Virus record (IMG/VR): IMGVR_UViG_3300021960_009997
Span: 1 to 61,786 of that record
Source: a virus
Lineage: Duplodnaviria; Caudoviricetes
Strand: one strand, 5' to 3'
DNA length: 61,786 nt
Part shown: positions 37,227 through 47,034 of the stretch, piece after piece
How the letters are laid out: each line of letters opens with the position of its first letter
How positions within the stretch are numbered: the first letter of the stretch is position 1
The notes under the pieces: generated by a model
The model's database searches: none
Told to the model about the DNA's origin: nothing
What the model saw: the letters and a program-made list of their open reading frames with translations, nothing else
Program-made: the position numbers and the translations under genes

Positions 37227-37306
37227 AAACAAGCACTTAGGCCATTTCTGACGTAAGTGCTTGATTTTGTTGGAGAAATTAAAAGCGCTTATAAATCAAG
37301 CACTTA
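37227..37306. promoter_or_regulatory. Cluster of IHF-like boxes
   Basis: AATCAAGCACTTA at 37294-37306 (+) and 37266-37254 (-), one-mismatch copy at 37227-37239; fits WATCAANNNNTTR. Confidence 0.55.
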
Positions 37307-38039
37307 GGTAATTTGAGTCCTCGTATTTCATTCTGGCCTCAATATACTCCCGGACCAGGGCAGATCTGACTATATCCTCAGGGCCAAATTCTACTGACGC
37401 AAAGGATGGCATATTCTCAACAGTTACCATAAACTGCTTCAGGCCAGACAAGTCATTCCTCTTGTAAAGGTCTGTCTGCCTAAAGTCTCCACAAAATATG
37501 ATCTTTGTATTGACTCCCACTCTTGTCATTATAGAATTAATTTCCATGTCATTTAAATTTTGACATTCATCAACAATAACAATAGCGTGATCTAATGTAA
37601 TACCTCTGACAAATGAAGTACACATAAACTCCAGATACTTTTGTTCTACCAAACGATGATATGCTTGTGGCTTGTTTGGGAAAAGTTCCTGGCACATTGA
37701 TTGATACGGTGCGCTATACACCTCGGTCTTCTCATCTTGATCTCCGGGTAAATGCCCGATCTCACGGGACGGCACAGCAGACCTAACAATAATTACTCGG
37801 TCTCTTGTTGCCGATTTGTTCATTACTTCTTCCAGAGCTCTGTAAAGTGCAATAAAGGTTTTACCTGTACCAGCACAACCGTGTAGCAAAAAGGCCGGTT
37901 TATAGTCATACTGCGACATAAACTGGCCTTGAGTTTCGGTTTTGGCTTGAATAGTCCTGAGGTCTTCAATCCTCATCTTTAGACTATTGTTTATAGGTAG
38001 TCCTTCGTTTTGTACAAGGTGAAGATTCTTCTTTGCCAT
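37296..38039 (-). CDS. phoH: PhoH family ATPase
   Basis: G.AGTGKTF Walker A, R.IG.LPG, RG.T.D..IVIVDECQN, TRVG...KIIFCGD..Q.DL, DIVRS.LV. Confidence 0.95.
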   Translation of the reverse strand: MAKKNLHLVQNEGLPINNSLKMRIEDLRTIQAKTETQGQFMSQYDYKPAFLLHGCAGTGKTFIALYRALEEVMNKSATRDRVIIVRSAVPSREIGHLPGDQDEKTEVYSAPYQSMCQELFPNKPQAYHRLVEQKYLEFMCTSFVRGITLDHAIVIVDECQNLNDMEINSIMTRVGVNTKIIFCGDFRQTDLYKRNDLSGLKQFMVTVENMPSFASVEFGPEDIVRSALVREYIEARMKYEDSNYLSA

Positions 38040-38087
38040 ATTACTTCCTATCTGTCGGTTATTGGTTAAAGAATCATAATGTATTAC

Positions 38088-38399
38088 TTACTCATCAGAT
38101 AACATTGTACTTTTTACTTTCTGTACTGCCTCCCTTACTTTTACCGATTTATGATCTTTTTTGCCGTAGTCATTTGCTAAGGCGCTGTTAGGATTGGATT
38201 CTGAAATTTTTGATAGGACTTCTTTAAAACCTGAGGGTGGTTTAGTTCGGTCACCTGTAGTTGCTACGAGCCCAGGTGCACCAGTAATTATAGATTGTAT
38301 AGTGGGATTTTGTTCTAAGTATTCTACTTTAGCATCCCAGCTCATTATCTTATCTTCTATTTCGCCTGTTTCCGTATTTAAAAAACTATACGTTGGCAT
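38088..38399 (-). CDS. FmdB-like small phage protein
   Basis: MPTY.F.N..TGE N-terminus, GFKEVLSKI; usual neighbour of phoH in T4-like phages. Confidence 0.6.
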   Translation of the reverse strand: MPTYSFLNTETGEIEDKIMSWDAKVEYLEQNPTIQSIITGAPGLVATTGDRTKPPSGFKEVLSKISESNPNSALANDYGKKDHKSVKVREAVQKVKSTMLSDE

Positions 38400-38592
38400 T
38401 AAGCACACCCCGTTTTACGAGTTCTTTTTTGAGTTTGTCCCTGTACTTGGGACTGCGAGTTGATTCATATGCCTTCGTTATTTCATCAGTAGAAGTGCAT
38501 CTCATATAAAAGTGTTCCTTAAACTTTTTTTGAGTTCCGTTACTTTGCTTTTCATACTTAGCAACGCTGGGTCTGAATTTAATTGGCATCAC
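38386..38592 (-). CDS. Hypothetical protein
   Basis: 68-aa basic ORF overlapping both neighbours. Confidence 0.6.
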   Translation of the reverse strand: MMPIKFRPSVAKYEKQSNGTQKKFKEHFYMRCTSTDEITKAYESTRSPKYRDKLKKELVKRGVLNANV

Positions 38593-38869
38593 GTATTTCC
38601 TCCATGTTATTAATAATCATATTTATCACTCTTTTACCGAGAGAAGATATGAGGTCACTATTTCTTAATTTATTTAGACAAGATTTTATGTACAAAGGAT
38701 CCAGAGATTTCATAGTGTCTACTGTGTATCTCAGTTTGTCAAACCCAAACATATTGAGAGCTAAAAGAGTTATATCAATTTCGTCATCCGTATAAAATGA
38801 CATTCTATGACCTATAACTTTCGCTTCAGGTACTGTGGGCTTTCTTTTAAAAGGTATTACTTGTCCCAT
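38579..38869 (-). CDS. Hypothetical protein
   Basis: 96 aa; TATAAATA at 38883-38876 directly upstream. Confidence 0.65.
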   Translation of the reverse strand: MGQVIPFKRKPTVPEAKVIGHRMSFYTDDEIDITLLALNMFGFDKLRYTVDTMKSLDPLYIKSCLNKLRNSDLISSLGKRVINMIINNMEEIRDAN

Positions 38870-38885
38870 ATCAGATATTTATACC

Positions 38886-40319
38886 TCAGTATACCTTCAC
38901 ACCGTAGTGTTGAGCGAATTTCTCCGCATCTAATCTATTATTGACAATTGGTTGTCCCTTTATGTTCAAACTTGTATTGAGTAGCATAGGACACCCTGTT
39001 TCTTCATACCACTTTGTTAATAACAGATATAATCCAGGGTGTGAAGCGTATGTCACTGTTTGTACCCTACTTGTTCCGTCTTTATGAACAATAGCTGGGT
39101 ATGTTTCTTTATTTTTACACTTTACAACCTGTTGCATATAAGGTGAGTGAAAAAACTTATCTACTTCAAAGTATTCTGAAACATCGTGCTGTCTTATTAC
39201 AGGAGCGAAAGGTCTAAACTCTTGCCGTTGTTTTATTTTGTTGACCTCATCTTTCATTTCTTGTCCACGAGGGTCAGCTAACAAACTACGGTTGCCCAAT
39301 GCTCTTGGACCAAACTCTGCTCGCCCACTTGCTACACCCACTATACCCGATTGTAACAGTTCTTGTAATAGTTTGTCAACCGGATATTCACTTTTTATCT
39401 CATGTCCTAAAAAGGCTGTATGAAATTTTACACGTTCTTTAGTCCCAGCAAGTACAGCACCGAGTGATGAACCTGCATCACCTGGGTTAGGCATTATCCA
39501 ATGCTCTTTGAAGTATTGAGGTATTAGTCTGTTAGCAAGACAGTTCAAAGCGCATCCGCCCATGTAAACAAGTTTATTATGACCTGTTATTTCTTTTGTC
39601 TTGTTTAACAAGCCATGTAGGTATGATTCAAATACTTTTTGTACAGCGGCCGCTATGTCAAACTTATCCTGTTCGCTTGTAAGTTCTGGTCTCCACCAAC
39701 GGACGCCTTTGTGCAGATTCTTTTCTTTGTGGGTTAGATTTTCTATTTCATTATAGAACCTATTAGGATCACCGTATGCCGCCATACCCATAAGGATATA
39801 TTCATCTTCGTTTGGCTTGAGTCCTAACCTGTCTGTGAAGGCAGTATAAAATAATCCTAAAGATTTTGGATAACGTGACGACCAAACTTTTTTCTCATTT
39901 TTCCAGATTGAGGTGGTTGTCCATTCCCCGATTGCGTCAATGACAAGTGTAGCACAATCAACAAAATGAGAGGGTCTTGTATAGTATCCTGCCGCCCAAT
40001 GTGACTTGTGATGATTGCCCCATTCTATAGGACACTTGAAATCATAGCCGGCTGCGTGAAAATATTTTTTAGGATTTATATACCAGTCTTTTTGTCCTGC
40101 CCAGATTCTACGGGTTGCTTTTAGTAGAGGATTTTCGTACCAAAAAATAATATCAGGTTGCCCAAACTCTAATGCCGCCCTCAACAGCCCAGGTGAAAGA
40201 TTCTTATCGTTTTTAATTCTACTGTATCTTTCGGAATGTGAGGCAAAGGTAATATACCCATCATTGATAACTGTCAATGCGGCATCGTGAAATCCTGCGC
40301 TAACTCCCCATGAAATCAT
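38886..40319 (-). CDS. Carbamoyltransferase (NodU/CmcH family)
   Basis: HDAA, ERYSR.K, HH.SH, DAIGE, MGMAAYG, GGCALN, EFGPRALGNRS.LADP, FRPFAP, H.DGTSRVQTV, LNTSLN. Confidence 0.95.
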   Translation of the reverse strand: MISWGVSAGFHDAALTVINDGYITFASHSERYSRIKNDKNLSPGLLRAALEFGQPDIIFWYENPLLKATRRIWAGQKDWYINPKKYFHAAGYDFKCPIEWGNHHKSHWAAGYYTRPSHFVDCATLVIDAIGEWTTTSIWKNEKKVWSSRYPKSLGLFYTAFTDRLGLKPNEDEYILMGMAAYGDPNRFYNEIENLTHKEKNLHKGVRWWRPELTSEQDKFDIAAAVQKVFESYLHGLLNKTKEITGHNKLVYMGGCALNCLANRLIPQYFKEHWIMPNPGDAGSSLGAVLAGTKERVKFHTAFLGHEIKSEYPVDKLLQELLQSGIVGVASGRAEFGPRALGNRSLLADPRGQEMKDEVNKIKQRQEFRPFAPVIRQHDVSEYFEVDKFFHSPYMQQVVKCKNKETYPAIVHKDGTSRVQTVTYASHPGLYLLLTKWYEETGCPMLLNTSLNIKGQPIVNNRLDAEKFAQHYGVKVY

Positions 40320-41242
40320 TTTGAATATTTTATTTCATATCCTTTTCTGTATAGTATCTCGCCGGCGTCTACTGATTTAAGATATTCTTCGGCAGTAGTA
40401 GGCACGTGCCAATGATTGTTAAGATATTTAGATTTTCTAACGTGTTTAAAATTCCAGTTTTGAATACCAATAAAAAGATCTTCTACAAAAATTTTCATAT
40501 TGGGAACTGTAAGATGATTTATTCTTGGATCACTACCAGAATATTTCGTAAGGAGCTGATGTGCTGGCATATTTTTTCTTAGCATAAAGTTTTTTATTTC
40601 AGCGCTCCACTTTGCTTCTGCTTGATCAATTTCTGACATATATACTGGAAAAAATATACAATTGTCTGGCATCTTAGGTAAATATTTTTTATCATCATCA
40701 TACCTGCCTACTGATGCAAAAACAAATTTTTTATCTTGATGTTTTTCTGCGATCCCAAAAAGTAGTGCCATTAATCCCATGTGTTGTATTTTATCAACAA
40801 AATAATCCTTTTCCATTATAAGATGTATAAGCCCTTCCTTGTTTTCTCTTGCATACCTATCTAATTCCACATTACCCTTATGAATTAATGTGTCAGACTC
40901 TAAATTGTAATGCAATAATGCACTACCACCAGAGGCTAACTTAGGAAATCTTCCGTGTCCGGTTACATTTATATCACAGGTGGATTTCAAAGCAAATCTA
41001 CCACTTGTTGTTATACAAAAGATTATCAACTCACCCGATTCTATTTCTCCGCTGTCCAATCTGTGAAGTAAATTTTTTACAGAAAATTCTAAACAACTAC
41101 CGTGAGCCGCATGATTTTTGTGAACCAGATTCATCTTTTCGGCCAATTGAAGTGCAATACCCTGCCTTTCCTTTCCTACTATATGGCCCTCAAATTCAGG
41201 AGCAACATAGCTATCACCAAAAAAACGTAATTTACTAATCAT
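40316..41242 (-). CDS. SGNH-like hypothetical protein
   Basis: FFGDSY, N.A..GS, late NHL. Confidence 0.5.
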   Translation of the reverse strand: MISKLRFFGDSYVAPEFEGHIVGKERQGIALQLAEKMNLVHKNHAAHGSCLEFSVKNLLHRLDSGEIESGELIIFCITTSGRFALKSTCDINVTGHGRFPKLASGGSALLHYNLESDTLIHKGNVELDRYARENKEGLIHLIMEKDYFVDKIQHMGLMALLFGIAEKHQDKKFVFASVGRYDDDKKYLPKMPDNCIFFPVYMSEIDQAEAKWSAEIKNFMLRKNMPAHQLLTKYSGSDPRINHLTVPNMKIFVEDLFIGIQNWNFKHVRKSKYLNNHWHVPTTAEEYLKSVDAGEILYRKGYEIKYSK

Positions 41243-41339
41243 AGGTATAAGGATCCTGTTCTCTCAGCTCTTTTAGTTTTTTCTTTAATTCCCTTTTACG
41301 TTTCCAATTCTTCCACCAATCTTTTATTCTTTGTATCAT
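41235..41339 (-). CDS. Small basic protein (34 aa)
   Basis: Manually translated MIQRIKDWWKNWKRKRELKKKLKELREQDPYTYD; overlaps both neighbours. Confidence 0.6.
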   Translation of the reverse strand: MIQRIKDWWKNWKRKRELKKKLKELREQDPYTYD

Positions 41340-42652
41340 TTGATTTCCTTTATGATGATGGTGTTTTTATCAGCTTCTTCCACCGCCTCTCTTACATAGT
41401 TCATCTCAGGTACAGTAGCATACATATCTTCGTTACGTATTTTATCAATTACCTCAGTGTCTTTAACAAACTTTCTTGCATAAGTTAAATCAAAAGGTTT
41501 TGTGAGTTCGTGTAAAACGTGATCAAACCTGTAACGAATAGAAGTATTATATTTCTTATCATAACTTGTAATAAAATTATTAAGTTTTTTAATTGTTTCT
41601 TGTTTAAACCAATCAGGAAGTATTCTTACATTATATTTTTCAGGCATATCTAAATAATTTAAAAAGAAATTGTTGTGCTGTAGTCCAAGACGCTTATCAG
41701 TTTTTATAACCCCTAACTCAAGTAGCCTATCAACAATTTCAGGAATACGGAATACATTCCAGGCACCTGTTGTGATACCAGGACGAATAACAATGTTATC
41801 TAACTTAACCATATCCTTAAGATTCTGTTCTACTTTAGGCCAATCAGTTCCTGATCTGATAAGTTCACCTCGTTCATCAATCTCATCTAAACTTGACCAA
41901 ACTTCGATCTTACCCGGCTCCCACTGTGACCAATAATCTAATACATTCTTGCCCTGATATATTAATTTTGAAGTATTGGTATTATATGAGATTCTCACAT
42001 CAAATCTTTTTGCTTCAACCAACATATCTAAAATATACCAGTGTTCGGGCATGAGTAGAGGTTCACCACCTGCAAAATAAATTTTTTCAACCTCGTCAAT
42101 CTGTTTCTCAAGGAACTTATAGTTATCAAGTCCGTCAATGGCATCAGTAGTAACAACCTTCTGCCAATCTTCTACGGGCCAGTTTAATTTTTTAGCATCG
42201 GGCAACCAACTGGAACTGTATGTAGGCCCACATGAGCGACATTTAAAGTTACAAAGATTGCTAAAACGAAAATCCCAATACTTCAGCTTCATTTCGGTTA
42301 CAGTGCCGTCTGCAAGTGTAGTTTCAGGTATGCGATCAATTACATGAGGAAACTCTCTATTGTGAAAAACCCTACTACTATCACCTGTAATAGGTTCTCT
42401 ATCAGTACAAGTTTTACAGTAACTCGGTATCTTACCATTCAACATATCCAAACGCATATGACGCATTCGTTGAGAATTCCAAATATCCTCGAAAGGTGTT
42501 TCGTTGATGTTACCAAAGTTTGCGGATTCGTGTTGTGAGGTTAAACAACAAGGAATAATCTTGCCGTCAGGTTCCAATGCCATGTGCATCCAGGGCACAG
42601 GACATATTGTATCCATGTTAATATCTTCACGTTTAAATGGCTTGTCACTCAT
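41336..42652 (-). CDS. Radical SAM protein with N-terminal SPASM/twitch domain
   Basis: C..PW.H, PCC, C..C at N-terminus; CNFKCRSC; YFAGGEPL; YNTN. Confidence 0.9.
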   Translation of the reverse strand: MSDKPFKREDINMDTICPVPWMHMALEPDGKIIPCCLTSQHESANFGNINETPFEDIWNSQRMRHMRLDMLNGKIPSYCKTCTDREPITGDSSRVFHNREFPHVIDRIPETTLADGTVTEMKLKYWDFRFSNLCNFKCRSCGPTYSSSWLPDAKKLNWPVEDWQKVVTTDAIDGLDNYKFLEKQIDEVEKIYFAGGEPLLMPEHWYILDMLVEAKRFDVRISYNTNTSKLIYQGKNVLDYWSQWEPGKIEVWSSLDEIDERGELIRSGTDWPKVEQNLKDMVKLDNIVIRPGITTGAWNVFRIPEIVDRLLELGVIKTDKRLGLQHNNFFLNYLDMPEKYNVRILPDWFKQETIKKLNNFITSYDKKYNTSIRYRFDHVLHELTKPFDLTYARKFVKDTEVIDKIRNEDMYATVPEMNYVREAVEEADKNTIIIKEIK

Positions 42653-43346
42653 TGTTTAATCCTTTCACGTATTGCTTTTGATTGAAGTTATTTACTAAAC
42701 TTTCGTCTTTGTTTTCTATTGCGTTGTATAAACTGTCTGATTCAAACTCAGGATAGATATACAACCTACATTTTCTCATTTCGTCTGTAAAGTTATCTAT
42801 ACGCATTTTGTTTTTCAATGCTGCTTTTAGAAAACCCCAGCCTGGGTGTACTACTCGTCTTTCTGTTTCACCCTCAGTACCCTGTATCCAATGAGGAGTA
42901 TACTTATCATGGAAGTTCTCCTCTGATCTAACATAGTTAGGCACTGTTTGTATTGTATCAATCCAGTCACCGTATTCAGGACAACCTAACTGTCGCCACA
43001 CCTTTGTATTGATGACCATCATTTGGCCATGTATTTCAATCCAATAGTTCTCGCCTTTCTCAGGCTCCCAATCCAGTGTAAATGCCAAAGCAAAAAAGTC
43101 TGGATTGTTTCTTATATATTCGTCAACATAATCTATAAAGTTTGGGTCAGTTATAAAGTTACCTACGTGTTGTATGATAACAATGCCGTCAGAATGTTTT
43201 ACTGCTTCGTCTACTGTGTTGTAGACTTCAATATTAGATGACAGTTTGCTTGTATGCTCATACGTTTTATCTAATACGTACTGATATAGCTTTTCGTTTG
43301 CTACTTTGTTTTGATTTACAATAGCAAAACTATATTCTGTTAGCAT
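42645..43346 (-). CDS. Hypothetical protein, paralog of the N-terminal part of 47024-48406
   Basis: Shared EIH...W...G.P..G.W and GWG...AA..N.MR motifs. Confidence 0.65.
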   Translation of the reverse strand: MLTEYSFAIVNQNKVANEKLYQYVLDKTYEHTSKLSSNIEVYNTVDEAVKHSDGIVIIQHVGNFITDPNFIDYVDEYIRNNPDFFALAFTLDWEPEKGENYWIEIHGQMMVINTKVWRQLGCPEYGDWIDTIQTVPNYVRSEENFHDKYTPHWIQGTEGETERRVVHPGWGFLKAALKNKMRIDNFTDEMRKCRLYIYPEFESDSLYNAIENKDESLVNNFNQKQYVKGLNNE

Positions 43347-43980
43347 CTAATCCACCCAATAATATAAGATGATACCTTGCCTCATCACTGTTATTGATTA
43401 CAATGTGTCTATTTGACACATCTACAACAAACCCTGTGCCTGCTTTGAAAGGCACGACACCTTTGTTTTCAAATACAAACTCACACCCTTCTGGATTATT
43501 TATAGCTATGTTCAAAGGACCAAACATTCTTTGTTTGCCGTCAGAATGTGGCATAATGTAACCACCCGGACCCACTTTCATTATTCTAACCCTGTCAAAA
43601 AAGTTATAAGGTAATGATTGACAAAACTTAGCAATGTTTGGAACAAGGTCACATAACTCTGTCCAATGATAGTTTGCTTCTTCTACACTGTCATAATCAT
43701 AAGCGTCACAGTGCATAGTTTTATTCATATCAATGCCGTGTAATGTAAGACTCTGCCACGATTCATGGCCATAGCCTGATAACCTTTCGCCTTTTCTGTG
43801 ATCGCTGAATAAATGATCTATACCTTTGCACTCATTCAAAAAGAGTTCAGTGTCAAAGTTAAAATCAAACTGATAATAGGCGCACTCAACATCATTATAT
43901 GACTCGTTGAATGTTTTATGTGAAACATTTTTACAGTCTTTATTTTGATTGTAAAAATCTAAAAGTTCGACAGGAAACAT
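43330..43980 (-). CDS. 2OG-Fe(II) oxygenase, aspartyl/asparaginyl beta-hydroxylase-like
   Basis: RVRIM...PGGYI.PHSD, H.V.N.S...RYH. Confidence 0.8.
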   Translation of the reverse strand: MFPVELLDFYNQNKDCKNVSHKTFNESYNDVECAYYQFDFNFDTELFLNECKGIDHLFSDHRKGERLSGYGHESWQSLTLHGIDMNKTMHCDAYDYDSVEEANYHWTELCDLVPNIAKFCQSLPYNFFDRVRIMKVGPGGYIMPHSDGKQRMFGPLNIAINNPEGCEFVFENKGVVPFKAGTGFVVDVSNRHIVINNSDEARYHLILLGGLDANRI

Positions 43981-45047
43981 TACTTGTTCTCAATATATAG
44001 ATTGTCTACTGTGTCGTATTTACTCCACACTTCTTTGTTCCAATCTATCTTGTCTTTTTTACTACCAAACCACAAGTCAGTCATGGGTATCATTTCACCG
44101 TCATTCTCTTTGTATAGACATAACTGACCAAGAGGAATGTATCCAAGACAATATTCGTTTAGTTTCATGTGTGGGTCTTTCAGTTTCTTAAAGTCGTTGT
44201 CTACCCACCACTTGTGAAGACGTACCTGTGTGGTGTTAGGATATGCAGGAACAAGATTGATAAACAGTTCGGCAGCAAATCTTTGTTGTGGTCGTATCTC
44301 ATCACGTTCTACAGCAGCTATGTCATTGTCAAGTGAAGTAGACATCCAGTTTTTACCTAACGTGTTGTAACCCAAGTACAACCAACCCCAATCAATAGTA
44401 GGATTGAATAACATATAATCTTCAGGCTCCAAAGGTACGTGAATGTAGCCGTCTTTCTCATTAGGGAGAAAATCTGTCAGGCAAGTACAGGAAGTTTCTA
44501 CTTCAGGATTCAGCCTTCGTCTTATGATTGTTTCTGTATTGTGTATCTGTTCGTTAAGCAACAAAAAGGATTCATGTAAGACTAAATTGTGGGCATCGCC
44601 GGGCCAAGAACCGGGAAACTCGCCGCCGGGATAGGTGTTTCCGTAGTGTTCGTTATTTGTTGGATCATTCCAATAACCTGATTCAATAACTTCTGCCAAC
44701 CTATCACCATATATCTCAAACTCCTCATGTAAGTCATTCAAAAGATGCTCTGACTCCATCAAGGACTCAATGGTGGTTAATTGAGGAAGTTTTCTGTCAT
44801 AGTTATCATTGATATACTGTATGTTATCTTTAAATTCCTCAAACTCTGCTTCTTGTTCTTCTACATTTTTATAGCGACGGTAGTTTGCTTTAAGAGGATA
44901 TCCTCTTTTGTTATTTTCATCAATAACATCTACCCATTTTTTAGTAATATCAATATCTATCAAGTTAGCCCAAAGAGTAAGTTTATCACCCGTTTTGCTA
45001 TTTGACATTATAATTTTGGCTATATAATCTTGTCTAAAAAATTTCAT
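43980..45047 (-). CDS. Hypothetical protein
   Basis: LN.LH..FE, LNEQIH..E, LYLGYNTLGK; start may be ATG at 45008. Confidence 0.7.
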   Translation of the reverse strand: MKFFRQDYIAKIIMSNSKTGDKLTLWANLIDIDITKKWVDVIDENNKRGYPLKANYRRYKNVEEQEAEFEEFKDNIQYINDNYDRKLPQLTTIESLMESEHLLNDLHEEFEIYGDRLAEVIESGYWNDPTNNEHYGNTYPGGEFPGSWPGDAHNLVLHESFLLLNEQIHNTETIIRRRLNPEVETSCTCLTDFLPNEKDGYIHVPLEPEDYMLFNPTIDWGWLYLGYNTLGKNWMSTSLDNDIAAVERDEIRPQQRFAAELFINLVPAYPNTTQVRLHKWWVDNDFKKLKDPHMKLNEYCLGYIPLGQLCLYKENDGEMIPMTDLWFGSKKDKIDWNKEVWSKYDTVDNLYIENK

Positions 45048-47034
45048 ATACTTCCACGTCTTGTGTCTTACCTTTCACCAAATTTCTTTTCTCATATGAA
45101 AGATCCATAGGAAGCACAGCATTCTCTCCTTGTGAATCTCCTGTGCCTGTAAATTCTGTAATCACAAAGGTATTTTCATCCCATTTTCCTTTGACCTCAA
45201 ACTCACATTCAAAAGACTTGTTGCCTATTAACCACCACTCTCCTTGATGTACAAACTTGTGGTTTGCCTTACAATGGAAATTCCCTTCTTTATCTACTTT
45301 AAACCATTGCTTAGAATTATAATTTGACAGTGTTATACTTGTTCCAAATTCATCTAAATCCTCTTCGTGGTCAAAGTGTGTAGACAATTCAAACCCGCCA
45401 CGTACTCTCCAAAACATTCGGCAAAGACCGAAAAATTCATTTACAACAGTATCAGCAAAAGTTCCCATATTTAATTGAACAATATTATGGTCAAATTCTT
45501 CATAAGGCACTTCATTAATTATACTATCTTCATCATCAAAGTCAAGCGTAAAGTGATTACCAATATTAGGCCTGTCCTGAGCATTTTGTATAGTACCTTG
45601 TTTTTTACACTCCTCTAACCATATATAAAAATATTTAAGTCGCAAAGCTCGATGAAGTTTTGTGTTTGACCAATCTAAAGACCACCACACCCCCTCAAAA
45701 AGTCTATCCCAAGGAGACATATTATATCTTTCTCGGTTAAATTCAAAATCCGTTTGTTTTGCATCTGACATTCCCATACCAGGACTGATGGCAAAGATTC
45801 TATTTCTATTGTTCCATACAAGATTCATACTATGAGCAATGGCCTGTATATCCTCACCTTGTGCACCGACAATCCAATTAGCATGAGCATCAATGCCATA
45901 TTTCGCACAATGCAACAAATTATTGTTGACATCTTCTAAGTCAATATTCTTGCGCATGACATCTAAAACTTTTTGACTGCCACTTTCAATACCAAAACTT
46001 AAATTTACACAGCCGCCCGCTTTTAATGCTCTAAAATAGTCATCATCCATTCGTTTGTCACAGCGAGCATATCCCATCCATTTAATGTCCATCTTTCGTT
46101 CTACAACACCCTCAACAAACTCTCGCAATGTTTTAAGGTTGCCGTTTGTAAGACTGTCAATAAACCAAACAAAATTCATACCATACTTTTCTGTTTGTTC
46201 TTGTAGTTCATCAAGTATTCTTTCGGAATGCCTATCACGGTATTTCCAAAACCAAGTTTCCTTACAGAAAGAACATTTAGCAACACACCCTCGACTAAGT
46301 TCAGCACTAATACCAAATGTTGATGTATATTTGCCAAGGTTATAATCAGTATAATCGGGAAAAGGTAAACTATCAATATCAACCCGTGACATATTAAATG
46401 TCTCTCCAAGCTGTCTTGGGATGCCTATCAAGTTTTTTTCTTTCTTATCTAAGAAATCAATAAGTACCTGTTCTCCCTCGCCTCTTACGTAATGGTCTAC
46501 AAAATCTGGGGGAATATACTCTGGGGTATGACACTGTGGACCCCCATATATAATAGTTAAGTTCGGTCTCAATTTTTTGATTTTTTTAGTTATCATATGT
46601 GTACACATATAATTGGTGTCGTACACACTAAAACCCAATACATCTGGATTGCTATCTAATACACTCTGTATCCACTTATCTAATACTTTTTCATAACCAG
46701 GCAATACTCTACTTTCCCATTCGCCTGCGTGCCACCAAAACCAATGGTTAGAATCCCAGGCCTCGGGTACTCCCATATCATGGTAGCCTTCTACATTAAA
46801 ATCAAAAACCGTTGTTGTATACCCTGCTGATCGAGTCAATGCGGCCAGTCTGGCTAAATTGTAAGGAGGAAAAAACACGCCCCATGAAGGCATGATACAC
46901 ATCGTGAGTTTTGTTTTTCTTGGCTCAACATCATATACAATGGGGTTGACATTTTTCTTTGGCTTAAATGCCTTCTTAGAAGGCAATACTTTGTTGGCTA
47001 AGTATACGTGTTTGTCATGTACTTCAGTCGCCAT
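45034..47034 (-). CDS. B12-binding radical SAM protein (class B methyltransferase-like)
   Basis: PP..LA.L, D.LGFS, I.GGP, GEGE, SRGCVAKCSFC, FGIESGSQKVLD.M.K. Confidence 0.9.
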   Translation of the reverse strand: MATEVHDKHVYLANKVLPSKKAFKPKKNVNPIVYDVEPRKTKLTMCIMPSWGVFFPPYNLARLAALTRSAGYTTTVFDFNVEGYHDMGVPEAWDSNHWFWWHAGEWESRVLPGYEKVLDKWIQSVLDSNPDVLGFSVYDTNYMCTHMITKKIKKLRPNLTIIYGGPQCHTPEYIPPDFVDHYVRGEGEQVLIDFLDKKEKNLIGIPRQLGETFNMSRVDIDSLPFPDYTDYNLGKYTSTFGISAELSRGCVAKCSFCKETWFWKYRDRHSERILDELQEQTEKYGMNFVWFIDSLTNGNLKTLREFVEGVVERKMDIKWMGYARCDKRMDDDYFRALKAGGCVNLSFGIESGSQKVLDVMRKNIDLEDVNNNLLHCAKYGIDAHANWIVGAQGEDIQAIAHSMNLVWNNRNRIFAISPGMGMSDAKQTDFEFNRERYNMSPWDRLFEGVWWSLDWSNTKLHRALRLKYFYIWLEECKKQGTIQNAQDRPNIGNHFTLDFDDEDSIINEVPYEEFDHNIVQLNMGTFADTVVNEFFGLCRMFWRVRGGFELSTHFDHEEDLDEFGTSITLSNYNSKQWFKVDKEGNFHCKANHKFVHQGEWWLIGNKSFECEFEVKGKWDENTFVITEFTGTGDSQGENAVLPMDLSYEKRNLVKGKTQDVEVYEIF

